A stretch of DNA of 64,000 nucleotides, taken from positions 14,446,001 to 14,510,000 of the forward strand of contig OZ024750.1 in the NCBI GenBank assembly GCA_964016885.1. Direction: 5' to 3'. Shown one piece after another: positions 50,543-63,420 of this stretch. The position numbers were made by a program, and so were the translations under genes. Under the pieces are notes generated by a model. That model made no database searches. It had not been told where the DNA came from and saw only the letters and a program-made list of their open reading frames with translations. How positions within the stretch are numbered: position 1 is the first letter of the stretch; every line of letters starts with the position of its first letter. Source of the stretch: Eledone cirrhosa. Lineage: Eukaryota.

Positions 50543-51009
50543 GATCCTCAGATACGTCTCGATTCTACGTACAAGCCGAAGCTGAAGCATATAGACAATA
50601 TGCCCCCACACCCTCCCATTGCAAAGTGGTTGTGGAGGTGCCATGGCAAAAAAGCACCCAACACACACTGTAAATGAGGTTGGTGTTAGGAAGGGCATCC
50701 AGCTGTAGAAATCAAGCCAGAATTAGTTCCCATATGAGCAAGGCATGGTCAGTCAACCGGCTACTGCCCACAACAGGACAACCCGTCTAACCCATGCTAG
50801 CGTGGAAGAACGGACGTAAAACGGTGATGGTGATGATGATATATATATATATATATAGAGGAAAACTCTTTATAAATATACTCTGCCATCCTTATCTTAA
50901 AGAAGTAATATGACATTGAGTGCTTGAAGTGAATTGCATCTTTGTATATCAGATGTATATATATATATAAGATCACAAAAGAAATTTTGAAAATGACCTG
51001 CCAGTCAGA

Positions 51010-52630
51010 TTGATTGCACCATCAAAATCTGACCTGGGTAAACTTAGCAAAAACATTCTAGACAGGGTGATACAGCAAATTAAAAACTTGAATTGTTTAC
51101 CTAACTTGAGCTTGTGGAAGGGAACTGGAGAGGTTATTGAGTGGTTTAAAGAAATTAAATATAACAATAATAATAAATTTATTCAACTAGATATTGCTAA
51201 CTATTACCCCTAATCTACTAAATAAGGCACTAAATTACGCATTCAAACATACAGACCTAACTAGCAATGAAATGCACATTATATTATCGGCTAGGAAAAC
51301 ATTGATAGAATTTAATAACCAACTATGGACCAGAGCAGATAGAGATAACAATTTCGACATTACTATGGGATCATCCGACTCAGCTCAGGTAACTGACCTT
51401 GTGGGCCTATTTTTAATCAATTCGCTGCATAGGAAAATACCCGGTGCTACCGGAGGTTTATATAGAGATGACATGCTTTTACTTATTGAAAATAATAACT
51501 CTGAACTAAATAGAAAAACAAAACAAATTACACAATTTTTTAATTACTTTAATCTAAAAATAGAAATTGAGAATAACCATAGAATAGTCAATTTCCTAGA
51601 TGTAACATTAAATCTCAACACATGTCTTCACTATCCATTTCACAAGTTGAATGAAAACTTAAACTATGTCAGTTTTAACTCTAACCATCCCAGATCTGTT
51701 AAAAATACTATAGTGAACTCTGTTCAAAAACGTATCTCTAGAATCTCATCTAATAAAAAGATTTTCGACGAAAAAGCCCAGTATTACAATGAAGCGTTAG
51801 CTAGAGCAGGACATAGTGATAAAATTATGTACATAGATAATAATAGACAAACTAACCAAAATAACAACAATTTTAATTACGGCAACAACTTTAACAACTA
51901 TAATAGAAAGCATTACAATAATTCCAAAAGCCAAAAAAGAAATAGAACTAGGAATATAATATGGTCCCCCCCCCCTTTCTCACTAAACATTAAAACCCAC
52001 ATCGCTAAACTATTTTTTAATGCTCTTGATAATCGCTTCCCTAGAACACATAAGTATCACTCAATTTTCAATAGACATACTATAAAATTAACTTACTCAT
52101 CCACCAAAAATTTAGCACAAAATATTAATAGAATAAATAATAGGAATTTAAAACCTAGCCAAAATACCGATAATAGCATAAATAATATCCAAGCAAACAA
52201 ATGTAACTGTAGAGATAGATCTAAATGTCCGTTAAATAACAATTGCTTAGTTAAAAATATAATATACAACTGTAATGTTAAAACGGACTTAAATTCTTTT
52301 AACTATGTTGGTTCCACCTCGACAGAATTTAAACTTCGCTATAATAACCACAAGAATTCTTTCACAGATCCAAGCAAAAAATCTTCAACATCACTATCAG
52401 GCTTACTCTGGCAACTTAAGCATGATAACGTTGGATATTCGACGGCTTGGAATATAGTCTCAAGAGGGATTCCTTTTAATTCATCTTCTGAGACATGTGA
52501 CCTCTGCGCGGAGGAGATATTCTTTATACTAAAATCTAAAAATTCCCTTAATTTACGGACAAATTTATTCAGTTGCTGCAGACATAGATTGAACTCAACT
52601 TTTAAATATAAATATAAATTTAAAATGTAG
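51010..52630 (+). pseudogene. Penelope-like RT/GIY-YIG ORF with one frameshift near 51210
   Basis: ORFs 51010..51213 and 51194..52630 are consecutive parts of one RT; the residues usually following YP are missing at the shift. Confidence 0.85.
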
Positions 52631-53982
52631 TATATTTACTTATGATTTGTAATTATTTATGAAACTCACCGATAAATCTTTCGATTTCTTTTTTTTAAAC
52701 ATTCTTCATGAATAATTAAACTACCCTAAAAGCTGATGATCCAAATATATCGAATAAATTTTACACTAGATAAACTTCTATAATAAATATAAGACCATCT
52801 GTAGATCAAATGGGTATCCTAAACTTTTGGAATGATTTCTGCTAGACAGGATTTGGTAAATAATTTTGGTTTTGTTTGCTTTTGATTCTGATGCTTATAA
52901 TGAACTTGGCAATATATTGTCAATTAATTTTGAAGGGTTGATTTCTGTGGTTGATTTGCGGGGCATACTGTGTTTTATTTTTAATATTTTTTAATTTTTT
53001 AATATTTTTATTGATATATTGATATCTGTTGTCTATTTATGCTTGAACGATAATCATGTAGAGTAAAGACAAGAATAGTATTGTTAAAATTAATGTAGAT
53101 TCTATATATATTTGTGTGTATGTACACATATATGTATACTAGAATTTTTATAGCACAATGAGAATGTTTTCATGTGAAATAGGAATTTGCAGAGTTGATC
53201 ACGTAAATTCACATGGAAGTCTATAGTATCGAATCTGGGATAACCTTCTATTTTCTTTTTCTTTTTTCATGAAAGTGCATATATACTTATGTATTTCAAT
53301 TTTTTTTGAAGTTTTTTATCTCAGTTTTTTTATCTCAGTTCTGATTATAAACCTAGGAATTTTAAACTAGACATATGATCATTATTTTTCACACATTATT
53401 GATACGTGTCTCATTCATGAATACTGATATTTACATTATAATACCTAATTCATACGAATTGATATTTTTAGATTGATGAAACATAATGTTTTAAATCTGC
53501 CTCGTTTATCTCTGGATATTTTTCTTTTCTCTCTATGTAACGGCTGTTTTCTCTCCTAACCACATATATCTCTCTCTACCTTAATACTAGAACTAAATAA
53601 ATAAATAAATAAATAAATATATCATTGATACGTCATTCAACTGATGCCCAACTACCTATTTTCTTTCTCTCTATCTCTATCTATATCTATCTCTCTCTAT
53701 TTTTCTCTCTCTCTCTCTTCTCTCTCTCTCTCTATCTATCTCCCTCTGTGTTTTTTTTCTCTCTCTATCTATCTCTCTCTGTTTTTTCTTTACATGAATT
53801 TCTTCTCTCTATCTATCTCTCTCTGTTTTTCGTTGCATGCATTTCTTCTTTTTCTTCGCTTTCTTTCTTTCTTTCTTTTTATAACTGTCCCTAACATTTT
53901 TCACTACCAAATCAACTTTTTAAATGGAAGTTGAAGTTGTAAGGTATGTCAAATCTATCTATTTATAAGACTGTTTATATTG

Positions 53983-54048
53983 TATTTTGTCTGATGAAGG
54001 CATACCATATTTTTAATATGATATCCCTGAAATATATATAATGAAATA
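53983..54048 (+). ncRNA. Type I hammerhead ribozyme motif in Penelope pseudo-LTR
   Basis: Stem I TATTTTGT/ATGAAATA, core CTGATGA (53991), 14-bp stem II with 2 mismatches, GAAA (54029), minimal palindromic stem III ATATATAT, cleavage triplet AUA. Confidence 0.75.
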
Positions 54049-54204
54049 AATATGGTTTTATAAATATAGTTTCCATTTATTTAATATCGTAAATATACTC
54101 CAAATACTTGTTGAGTGCTTTTATATCAGTTATAAATATTTACTCGTTGTAACCCAACAATTTAAATAAAACTTTGCATATATATATATATGTATATATA
54201 TGTC

Positions 54205-54477
54205 CCCATTCCCTCCCACTGCAAGGTGGTTGTGGAGGTGTCACGACAAAAAAGCACCCAGACCACATTGTAAAGTGGATATGTAGGCGGCACGGAAAAA
54301 AAGCACCTAACACTCACTGTAAATGAGGTTGGTGTTAGGAAGGGCATCCAGCTGTAGAAATCAAGCCAAAATCAGTTCCCGTATGAGCAAGATAAGGTCA
54401 ACCGACCTAACATTGCCCACAACAGGTCAACCTGTCTAACCCATACTAATATGGAAGAATCGTTGATGATGATGATG
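54205..54477 (+). mobile_element. SINE/RTE-like tail fragment
   Basis: AAAAGCACCCAG..GGTTGGTGTTAGGAAGGGCATCCAGCTGTAG..(GAT)n. Same family at about 7080-7320, 34755-35000, 43305-43540, 50610-50840 and 63760-64000. Confidence 0.7.
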
Positions 54478-54741
54478 GCTGCCTCCTCGTTATCGAGTAT
54501 GGCCATTGCACGATATACCATTATAAATAACTATTAATTAATTATTAATATATATATATATACATATATAACTAATAATTAGTTTATCTCTCTACATGAC
54601 TGAATACAATAAAAGTAATCTGAGTTTTTAGAATATTAACAATAATATTTGACTCATTTGCAATTATGCGAACAGCCTCTTTAAAGCCATGTCAGTAAAA
54701 TGACCCCATCATTCTTGCTCTTATGTTGGCATGTAAACAGA

Positions 54742-54788
54742 ACTGCAGATACTAATGTTTCTGGGTGATTACCCTTCATCAGTACAGT
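54742..54788 (-). ncRNA. Degenerate type I hammerhead motif (probable remnant of another Penelope-like family)
   Basis: Minus strand ACTGTA-CTGATGA-AGGGTAATCACCCA-GAAA-CATTAGTATC-TGCAGT: stems I and II pair, stem III imperfect. Confidence 0.5.
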
Positions 54789-55084
54789 ATACTGCTTACC
54801 TGCCAACTGTCAGATCTAGTGAGAATATATATTTTCTAAAATATACAGTGACTGATTGGCCTGATTTGCATATTAGCGCACACACACACATATATTATAA
54901 AGAGCCAAGACCCAACGGCTGAGCGCTTCCGTTTCAACAGCTAGTTCCAGATAAGAACTGGAAGTAGTCAGCCGTAGGGTTTTGACTCTTTACAATATAG
55001 CCATATTCTACTACCCCAAGTATAAATAACATTAAAAATTGTTCACAATTCTTTTAGAGTGAAAATATAAATACTGGGCCCTGT

Positions 55085-55990
55085 CAGAATCAACCACCTC
55101 CAGTTGATCCAGCCAGATCCCCAAGCAAGAACAGTCCAAACTCACAGATGTTATCCAACCATATTGCATGGAGTCTACTTCGGTCACTTGTATTTGCAAT
55201 CATATTATTTCAGTCTCTACCAAAGATTCATGCAAATATAAACACTTTTTCTTCTTCTTCCATTTAGTCCTGAGACGGTCATGGGGGTAAAGTCCTCAAA
55301 CACTCCTTCCATCCTTCCAGAGGGTCCTGTCTGAAGCAATCATCTCCAATTAATTTGGTTGGATACCCAAGTGAGATCAGCCAAGCTCATGGATGTTATC
55401 CAACCATTTTGCTCAGGGTCTACTGCTGGACTTCCAGCCGTTTGGATTTACTCAAAATCTGTCCAGCGATTCTATCCTGAGACATTCTAACCACATGCCC
55501 ATAGTATCGGAGCTGTGATTTCTCAATTTGGAGAAGTAGTGGCTCTACCTGGAGTGACTCTCTGATCTCTAAGCTATGCATTCTATCAAGTAACATTACT
55601 CCAAAGACCCTTCGGAGGAACCCCATTTCAGCTGCTTGTATTCGCAATCATATATTCTTTCGGTCATTACCCAAAATTCATGACCATAGGTAAGGGTTGG
55701 CATGTATATTGAATCGAAGATAGCAAGTTTGGCTTTTACACCTGCCTCCTTTCTTCTGGTTACCAAATGCTGAAACTGACTTATTACTGCACCAGCTCTT
55801 GCAAATTTTGCACTTAATTCATTCTCCTGCTTTCCCTCACTTGTGAACATGGACCTGAGATACTTGAACTTCTCCACCTGCTTTAGTGGAACTCCATTCA
55901 CATGTAGAGTGCACTGCCCAGGCTTCCTTGAGAGGATGGGGGTCTCAGATTTTTGCAGCACTGATTTTCATTCCAGCCATGCAGCACTTG
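55085..55990 (-). mobile_element. RTE-clade LINE fragment
   Basis: LKQVEKFKYL..KAKLAIFDSIYMPTLTYGHEFW..RIQAAEMGFLRRV..QLRYYGHVVRM. Confidence 0.8.
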
Positions 55991-56002
55991 GCATCAAACC
56001 TA

Positions 56003-56185
56003 ATAATTGTTTCTACGTTGGGCACAAGGCCAACAATTACCCCGTGTATTACTGGTACTTTATTTTATCGACCCTGTAAGGATGAAAGGCAAAGTTAACC
56101 TCGGCGGAATTTGAACTCAGAATGGCAAGGGCCGTAACTCTATGCGTCAAAGCATGGCGTCCGACCCTCTACCAATATTGCCCTC
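56003..56185 (-). mobile_element. Nin-core SINE copy
   Basis: Family sequence. Confidence 0.8.
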
Positions 56186-57735
56186 CATACAAATATAATG
56201 TCGTTGAGAAACACAAATATAAACGCCACAAAAAAGCTTCCAATACATGCTGTAAGGTGGTTGACATTAGGAAGGGCATCCAACTGTAGAAAATCAAACC
56301 AAAATTGGATTGTATGAGCAAGATGGGGGATCACCTACCTTGTTTGGCTTCCTAATGAGACAACCTATCAAACCTATGCAAGTCCGAAAACTAGACATTA
56401 AGCAGCGATGATGATGAAAGTGTCAATGTTAAATGCATATTCAAGTCAATGTAATAAAGGATTTATTTTTCCATTATATGGTCGGCATGAATGTATGCAT
56501 TACTACACATATATATAAAATTAAAGCTTAATCGTCCTTGACCTCACCTTATTTTTTCTATCTAACAACGACGGCTCTTTCTGTTATGCAATATTTCCAG
56601 TTATGAAAATCAAACCGGTTTCTATTTTTTTTCAGATAATCCTATTTTTTAATCACAACTATTCCATACTAAAACTAGTCAGTGATTGGACACAAAAAAA
56701 CAAGTTTAATCATTGGTAATTCCCAGAGTATTAATAAATATTAAAAAGAAAGTCTAAAGTCTATCTTGAGCCAGGAGGTTCATAAGGCCGATGCCTACAT
56801 CAGTTTTCATGGCATTAAGTGACTGAGAATACAAGACTCACCTCTGGACAACTATACTTTGTGCTCATTTTCAGCTGAGTATACTGGAGCAATGTGAATG
56901 TACACGACACACAACCCAGTCCTGAAATCCTCGAAAATACTGAAACAAATGCAGTGTAAAAAAAATTTCAAAGTGATTGGCTTCGAAATTAATTATTTGA
57001 GATATGGTTGGTTTCATTCACTGGTTTGGCTCATAGCAAAATTTTGTGAGTGGAATATAAAGCAAAGTCTTTCTTCTTCTTCGTTGTCGTCATCACCGCT
57101 GCCCTCGTCGTCAAAGCTGATCGCTTAAAAAATTGTTTGTTTTTATAATCTACTCTCAAAATAAATAAAAATATTAAAAGTTCATTTTGTTGTTCTTCAT
57201 CATGTAGGTTTTATTTTGTATTTTTCTTTAATTTAATCATCACCACCATCACCATTTATTTATTTATTTATTTTTTTACATCTGTGTTTCCAAGCTTGAA
57301 TGGGTTGGACAGGTCTTTTCTAACACAGCATTTCTTCACTCATTGCAATATTTTGTCATTTGCTCTCACAATCTATCCTAGGTCTTCCTTCATCCCCCTC
57401 TATGGTAGTTTCCTTCCACTCGGATTTCTTGACACTTCTTCATCCAATGATCATTGTCCACATGCATCACATATTCACACCAATGCAGTCTTCTCTCTTG
57501 CATTTATCTTCTGATTCCTCTTATACCCAGATTTTCTCTCAGCTCATCCATGCTTTGTCATTCATGCATATTAAATTGCACATTCATCAGAACATGCTTG
57601 CTTGAACTTTTTCCATCCTGTTCTTATTCTGGCTAAGAAATAAATATAAAAAATGCTTCTGAATACGAATCCTATGAAATACAATTCATTAATTCTGTAT
57701 ATTAAGTCTAAATGTAATTAAATTAATAAGTTTAA

Positions 57736-57954
57736 CCATTTAGCATTTACATTACTCTATATATACTATTATATTTTTGTGGTAAATGTTTTATCTCACA
57801 TATTATCTCACATAATATCGAATCTATGAGATTTTGATATTATTTATTTTGTGAACAATACCTTAATATCACTATGAGTAGCAAGTTACGGCCGGTTTGA
57901 ACAGAAAGAGGTGAGAGAATTCTGGATGGATATAGCCAATGAAAATGCTAAAGG
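57736..57954 (-). mobile_element. piggyBac-type MITE (degenerate)
   Basis: Same family as 32033-32251. Confidence 0.7.
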
Positions 57955-58370
57955 AAGCATTGCCAACTATATGAGCAATAATGGATTATAATTTATTTAA
58001 CTGATATAGATGTAACCAGCGATTATCCCAGTGCATTACTGGTAAAGAACCAGTAATGCACTGGGATAATTGCTGGCTTTGTGCCAAAAGTAGAAACAAT
58101 TATTTAATGAAAATGATACTAATGTCAGTTTAAATGTCTGGAAATTCTACAGTTGTGAACAATTAAGATAACATATATCTTTCTAGAATTACACAATTTT
58201 GTTGAAGTAATTAATTATATAGAGATGGATAGAGGAGAAGAAAAATAGAACTAAATTTGCTTCAATACCTGATAATTAATCCTATCATTACCATATGTAT
58301 AATGACATACACTGTATATGAATTAATTACAAAAAATTACATATTGTTTTTATTATTAAGGTGGTGTTTC

Positions 58371-58590
58371 GGGTGGTGGATTGGAAGTATTGATAGAGTA
58401 TCGGATAACATGTTTTGAAGCATTGAGCTACAGCTCTTTATATTCTGAGTTCAAATCCTGCTGAGGTTAGCTTTGCCTTTCATCCTTATGCGGTCAATAA
58501 AATAAAGCACCAGTAATGCACTGGGATCAATTTAATCGACATTCCCCTCCCCAAATTGCTGGCCTTGTGTCTAAATTGGAAACCATTATT
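58371..58590 (+). mobile_element. Nin-core SINE copy
   Basis: A/B boxes, core and tail present. Confidence 0.75.
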
Positions 58591-59784
58591 AAAGTGGCAT
58601 TTGTAGCATATCTTAACAAAAGTTTGTTGGTCATTATTCCACCTGAAGAGCCTCATCTGCTCTATAGGGTTTGCAGTAGGGGGGCACGCAGAAGAGAAAG
58701 GAGATCGGTATAAAGTTATGGGTCTATAGCAAGTGTTGGTGTGATTTGACAGGGTGATTAATAAGGGGGTGAGGTGACTCATAGTATAGGACGAGTGGGG
58801 ATGTAGTGGTCGGGTGGATGGTGTGGTCCATAGCACTGTGAGGGTAGGCACAAAATAACTAAACAGTTATAGTGGAGGTGCACAGGAGTAGAGAGAGAGT
58901 AGCTACTAAGGTGCAATAGTGACAGTATCTAGGGACATTTGAGGAGGGAATAGCTAAAGAGTTATACTCGAAAGAGCAAGGATGGGGGCAGTGAAGCTTG
59001 GGCTGGTAGCTAAACACATCATGTCACCACTAGAGAATGTGTCATAGAATGTAGCATCCCAGATAAGGGGCCTATCCCCACGAAATGGGAAGAGTGTCAT
59101 GTTAACCTTATTTTCTGTTTGACCATGCACATGTATGGTGTTACATGACCAAACTACCTTATTGTCTGCCTTTTAGTACATAGCAGTGTAAAATGGGTGT
59201 GATAACCGTTGTAGTGTCAGTGACTCACATGATAAATGCTCCCAGTAAACTCTGTAAAATGGTTGGTGATAGGAAAGGCATTCAGCCATAGAAAACTTTC
59301 CAAACAAAGGATTGAGAAGACTCTTCAGTTGTGTCAAAGACATTAGACCTTGTCTAGTGTGCCATAATAAAATGTCTTCTCCAGATTTTGTTGAGTACGA
59401 AAGATAACCAAAAGAAAATGCGATTCCGGAAGAGTTACTTACCTTGTATTGTCGAATCGTTTTGAAGATCCCCCTCCAACTTATTTTTTTATACTAACAA
59501 GCAAACTAACTAATATTATCGAATACGGACCGAAATAGTCTAATTGAAATAGTTTTGTAACAAAATATGAAACATAATAATTAAGCGTTTGTTTATATTC
59601 TAGGATTATTAAATCACATATTTTATGACTTCTACATAATATTTTGTTTGATAATCTGAAGTTAGTTTTAAGATGTTCTAATTATACTATCAATGAATTT
59701 GATTTTTTTTAAAATTCCGAATTCAACATTTATCGAATATACTACAACTAAATATCAAATGATAGTACTAAACTAAATAGCTCC

Positions 59785-60465
59785 TCGCTGGCGGCTCGCC
59801 TTACTGCGGTGGCTGGTGATGCTTTTGAGGGCGCCTAGTTGTTTCAGCACCTTAGCCTCGCCATCATCCGTGGTAATGTTGCGAGCGTGTTGGCTTGCGT
59901 CAAAGTGTTCCATTGACCCTTATGATGTGCAATCGATTGTAGCACTTGATGGTGAATTGATGGTCATTTTCGTTTTTGCTTCCTCCTAATTTTTCTTCTT
60001 TTTTTTCCTCTCTCTTTTATGCGTTTATATTTGTGTTTCTCAACGACACTATATTTGTATGGCAGGTTCAAATCCCGCCGAGGTAAACTTTCCCTTTCAT
60101 CCTTACGGGGTCGAAAAAATAAAGTACCAGTAATGCACTGGATAATTGCTGGCCTTGATCCCAAAGTAGAAACAATTATAGTTGTATGGCGGAGGTTTGG
60201 CAGTATCGGTAGAAAGTCGGACGCCATGCTTTGCAGCATAGAGTTACGCTCCTTTATAATCTGAGTTTAAATCTCGCCGAGGTTCACTTTGCCTTTCATC
60301 CTTATGGGGTCGATAAAATAAAGTACCAGTAATGTAATGCGATAATTGCTGGTCTTGTGCCAAAAGTAGAAACAATTATATTTGTAATGTTCTTCTGAAA
60401 GAATTACGAGCAATTTATAAAGTTATTTATGCATTTGTAATGTTATTTATACAACTGTGAAGAAA
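59785..60465 (+). mobile_element. CRE-like 3' remnant interrupted by a tandem pair of Nin-core SINEs
   Basis: Reverse complement of the 24060-24470 family; SINEs at about 60063-60180 and 60185-60378; TATATTTGTA duplicated at 60050 and 60377. Confidence 0.65.
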
Positions 60466-61458
60466 AATTTTTAATTCCTAGGTCGATAAAATAAAGTACC
60501 ATTCGATAATCTTAGCAACAAACGGTTGAATTCTACTTGCTTTTCACCTATATTTTTTTAAAGCAACCATTGCCCCCAAATAAACAAGACTTTGCATTTT
60601 CAATTGTTTTAGATGTCAATTTTTAAATGCAAATTAATTTCTTAAGATTTGCTCCCTTTTTTTTTAAGCAATAAATTAATTTGTTGTTTTTTTAAAAGGA
60701 CAGATAAAACGTTACAAGTCTTTACTGGTTCCGTATGATTGAGTATGAACTTGTATATTATAGTATTTGGGGAATGAATTCGCTTATTTAAGGCTAAATT
60801 AGGAGATCAGAAGATTGTTTAAAGATCATCTCTGATGGACTCCTCTGTAGTTCCCGCGTATAAATCCTAGATAGAGACTTACCATATATTTAGTTCCAAA
60901 AACGTATTTCCATTGCTATGCATTAAAAAAACAACTGTTATATCTACAGTAATTTAGCTTAACCTTCTAATATATATTGTATTCAAGCATAGCAATTTTT
61001 TTTATTAATTACATTGCTAAATGAATGCACACCAGGCAACTTAGACTGACCAATAATAGGGGTATGTATTTTTTCCTGCAATCCCCTATTATTGACCAGG
61101 GATTGTATGCTAAATATGTTTACCTGAGATCAATGTTATGCATGATGCATACATATACAAGTTGAGTTTCACATTGTAAGTATGGTAAGTGGAAATGTTT
61201 CAATTCAAACTATAGGAGTTCTTTCCCTTGCTTCATTCTCGGCAGTTTTAATAATTTCAGTCTAGAAGTTTGAATAGTTTCATTTGAGAAAATGTATATC
61301 TTTTCCACTTGCCATGTTTATAATGTGATAAAGTTCACAGGTTGACTATAAAGAAGTGATGCTAGAGCTGTGAAATCTTGCATGCATTAATTTTAACTCT
61401 TCTTATTAATAACTGCATTTTTATTTCCAGGTAAACTGACCTCTGACTGTTTTTGAAA

Positions 61459-62200
61459 ATGGACAACATTTGGCATAGTAGTGTTATCAAGTACCTGCAG
61501 AAAAAGGGTTTAGCCTCCAAGGACAGTCATGCTGACATGGTTGTTACATTAGGGGACGATGTTCCAGCTTTATCAACAGTGCAACTGATATAGGAAGGAA
61601 AGGGAGAGTCTTGAAGATGATCTGAGGTCTGGACATCCTGCAACTGCTACCACCAAGAAAAACATTGATTGTGTTCACCACATGGTGATGGATGACAGGC
61701 GATCGACTATAAATTAAATACCCATTTCTCTTAGCATATCTTGTGATAGGACTGAGAATATTCTTCACAATGAACTTGGCATGACAAAGGTTTCTGCTCT
61801 GCAGATGCCTTGTCTTCTGTACCTGTTCAAAAGCATGCTAGGCTGATATCACATCACAGGAAAATCTGATATTGTTTGATGCAGATCCAGCTGATTTCCT
61901 TGGCGTTTCCTTACCAAGGATGAGTATTGGGTTCATCAGAAACAAAGAGACAATCCAAGCAGTAGAAACGCCCCTCCACATCTGCTCCAAAGAAAGCCAA
62001 GGACGTTTAATCTGCAAGAAAGGTGATGACCTCAATTGTTTGGGATGCAAAAGGCATTGTGTTTATTAACTATCTTGAAAAGGGCCACACATTCAATGAA
62101 GGGTACAATGCCAATTTGTAGTTACGAAAGGCTATCAAGACAAGACAGGAAAACTGACAAAAGGGGTTTTGTTTCAATGGCTGTTATGGCTTTCAATTGG
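61459..62200 (+). pseudogene. Decayed mariner transposase
   Basis: MDNIWHSSVIKYLQKKG..HADMVVTLGDD..ESLEDDLRSGHPATATTKKNI..VMDDRR..ILHNELGMTKVSA..VLGCKRH/DAKGIV, with stops and frameshifts. Confidence 0.75.
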
Positions 62201-62299
62201 TTGATACACATATTAGACATGTATATATATTTATTTATGTTGTATAAGGAAATGCAGAGATTGGATGAACTCATGGAGGGGGTAGACCTAGGAAGACAT

Positions 62300-63145
62300 T
62301 GGAAGAAGTAATGAAAACCAGCTTCGGGTCGCAAAAAAAGAATTTCTAATCCAAAATACAAATTACAAGTTTTCTCTTCTGAAATAATCCCCCTTGAGCC
62401 CAACACACTTTCCCATCCTTCTCTACCACACCTCCATACACTCTTGGAAGAAATCTCTTGGGATTCTCTGCAGCGCTGACATCACGGCCCTCTTGATGAC
62501 TTCTGTGTCTTGAAAAAGTGTTCCTTGATGACCCATTTGAGCTTGGGGAAAAGGAAAAAGTCTGGTTTGGTTTCAAGATGCTTGAGGATGTCCTGACACA
62601 GCTGCATGTGTCGCTCCTCCTGGTCATCTTTGTGCAGATCATCCGCATACCCAAATCTTCGGTGATAATCTTTCAAACACTCTTGTAATTCATGCCCAGC
62701 TCACTTGTGATCAATTGAACAGTCAGCCGACGATCACCATGCATCATGTCTCAATTCTGCTCATTGAAAGGCTTCTGATCCTGGGGTCATCTTCCATGTC
62801 TTCGCATCCCTCTTTAATCATTTTGTGCTACTCAAAATCCCACGAGTGTGACATTATCTCATGTCTGTAAACATGCTGCAGTATTCCAAGAGTTTCTGAT
62901 GGAGTTTTCCCCCAGCTGGACCAGAAACTTCAGGTTGGTTTGTTGCTCTGTGCCTATTGTTCAACAACCTAAATTGAGGAGACGTTAGCATAAACATGTG
63001 AAAAAACATACAATGGCTGCAGAGATCTGACATAACAGTTATATACTCCCCGGGTATGACATCCCATGGTGACACAACCTGCTAATCCCTAGTCTACTCA
63101 GCTCACACAGCACAGCAAGTCCTGTTACTTTTCTGACACACCTCA
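62300..63145 (-). mobile_element. Decayed mariner element with left TIR
   Basis: TIR TGAGGTGTGTCAGAAAAGTAACAGGA next to TA; fragments EDDP, DRRLT, CQDILKHLETKPDF, FFLFPKLK. Confidence 0.7.
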
Positions 63146-63300
63146 TATATATATATGCAAGCGGACGTAAAATGATGATGATGATGATGATATATATATA
63201 TATGAGGTGTGTCAGAAAAGTAACAGGACAGATATATATATATAATAATAATAATAATAATCGTTTAATGTTTATCTTCCACGCTAGCATGGGTTTAGAT

Positions 63301-63420
63301 AATAATCGTTTCTACTTTAGGCACAAGGACAGCAATTAACCAGTGCATTACTGGTACTTTATTTTATCGACCCCGTAAGGATGAAAGGCTAAGTCAACCT
63401 CGGCGGGATTTGAACTCAGA
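63301..63420 (-). mobile_element. Nin-core SINE (5'-truncated)
   Basis: Family sequence. Confidence 0.8.

Larger units (their letters stand above)
50970..54170 (+). mobile_element. 5'-truncated Penelope-like element (RT + C-terminal GIY-YIG endonuclease), Nematis-like
   Basis: DHK..F..VRLIAPSKSDLGK, DIANYYP, FDITMGS, YRDD, NFLDVTLNL, SNHP; linker CNCRDRSKCPLNNNC (CxCx5Cx5C); IIY..YVG, RYNNH, CDLC. Long 3' UTR ending in a hammerhead-bearing unit; (TA)n at both ends. Confidence 0.9.

Noticed and set aside
53625-53934. Ser/Leu/Phe-rich ORFs (also 30437-30767)
   Set aside because: Translation of CT/CA/TA microsatellites
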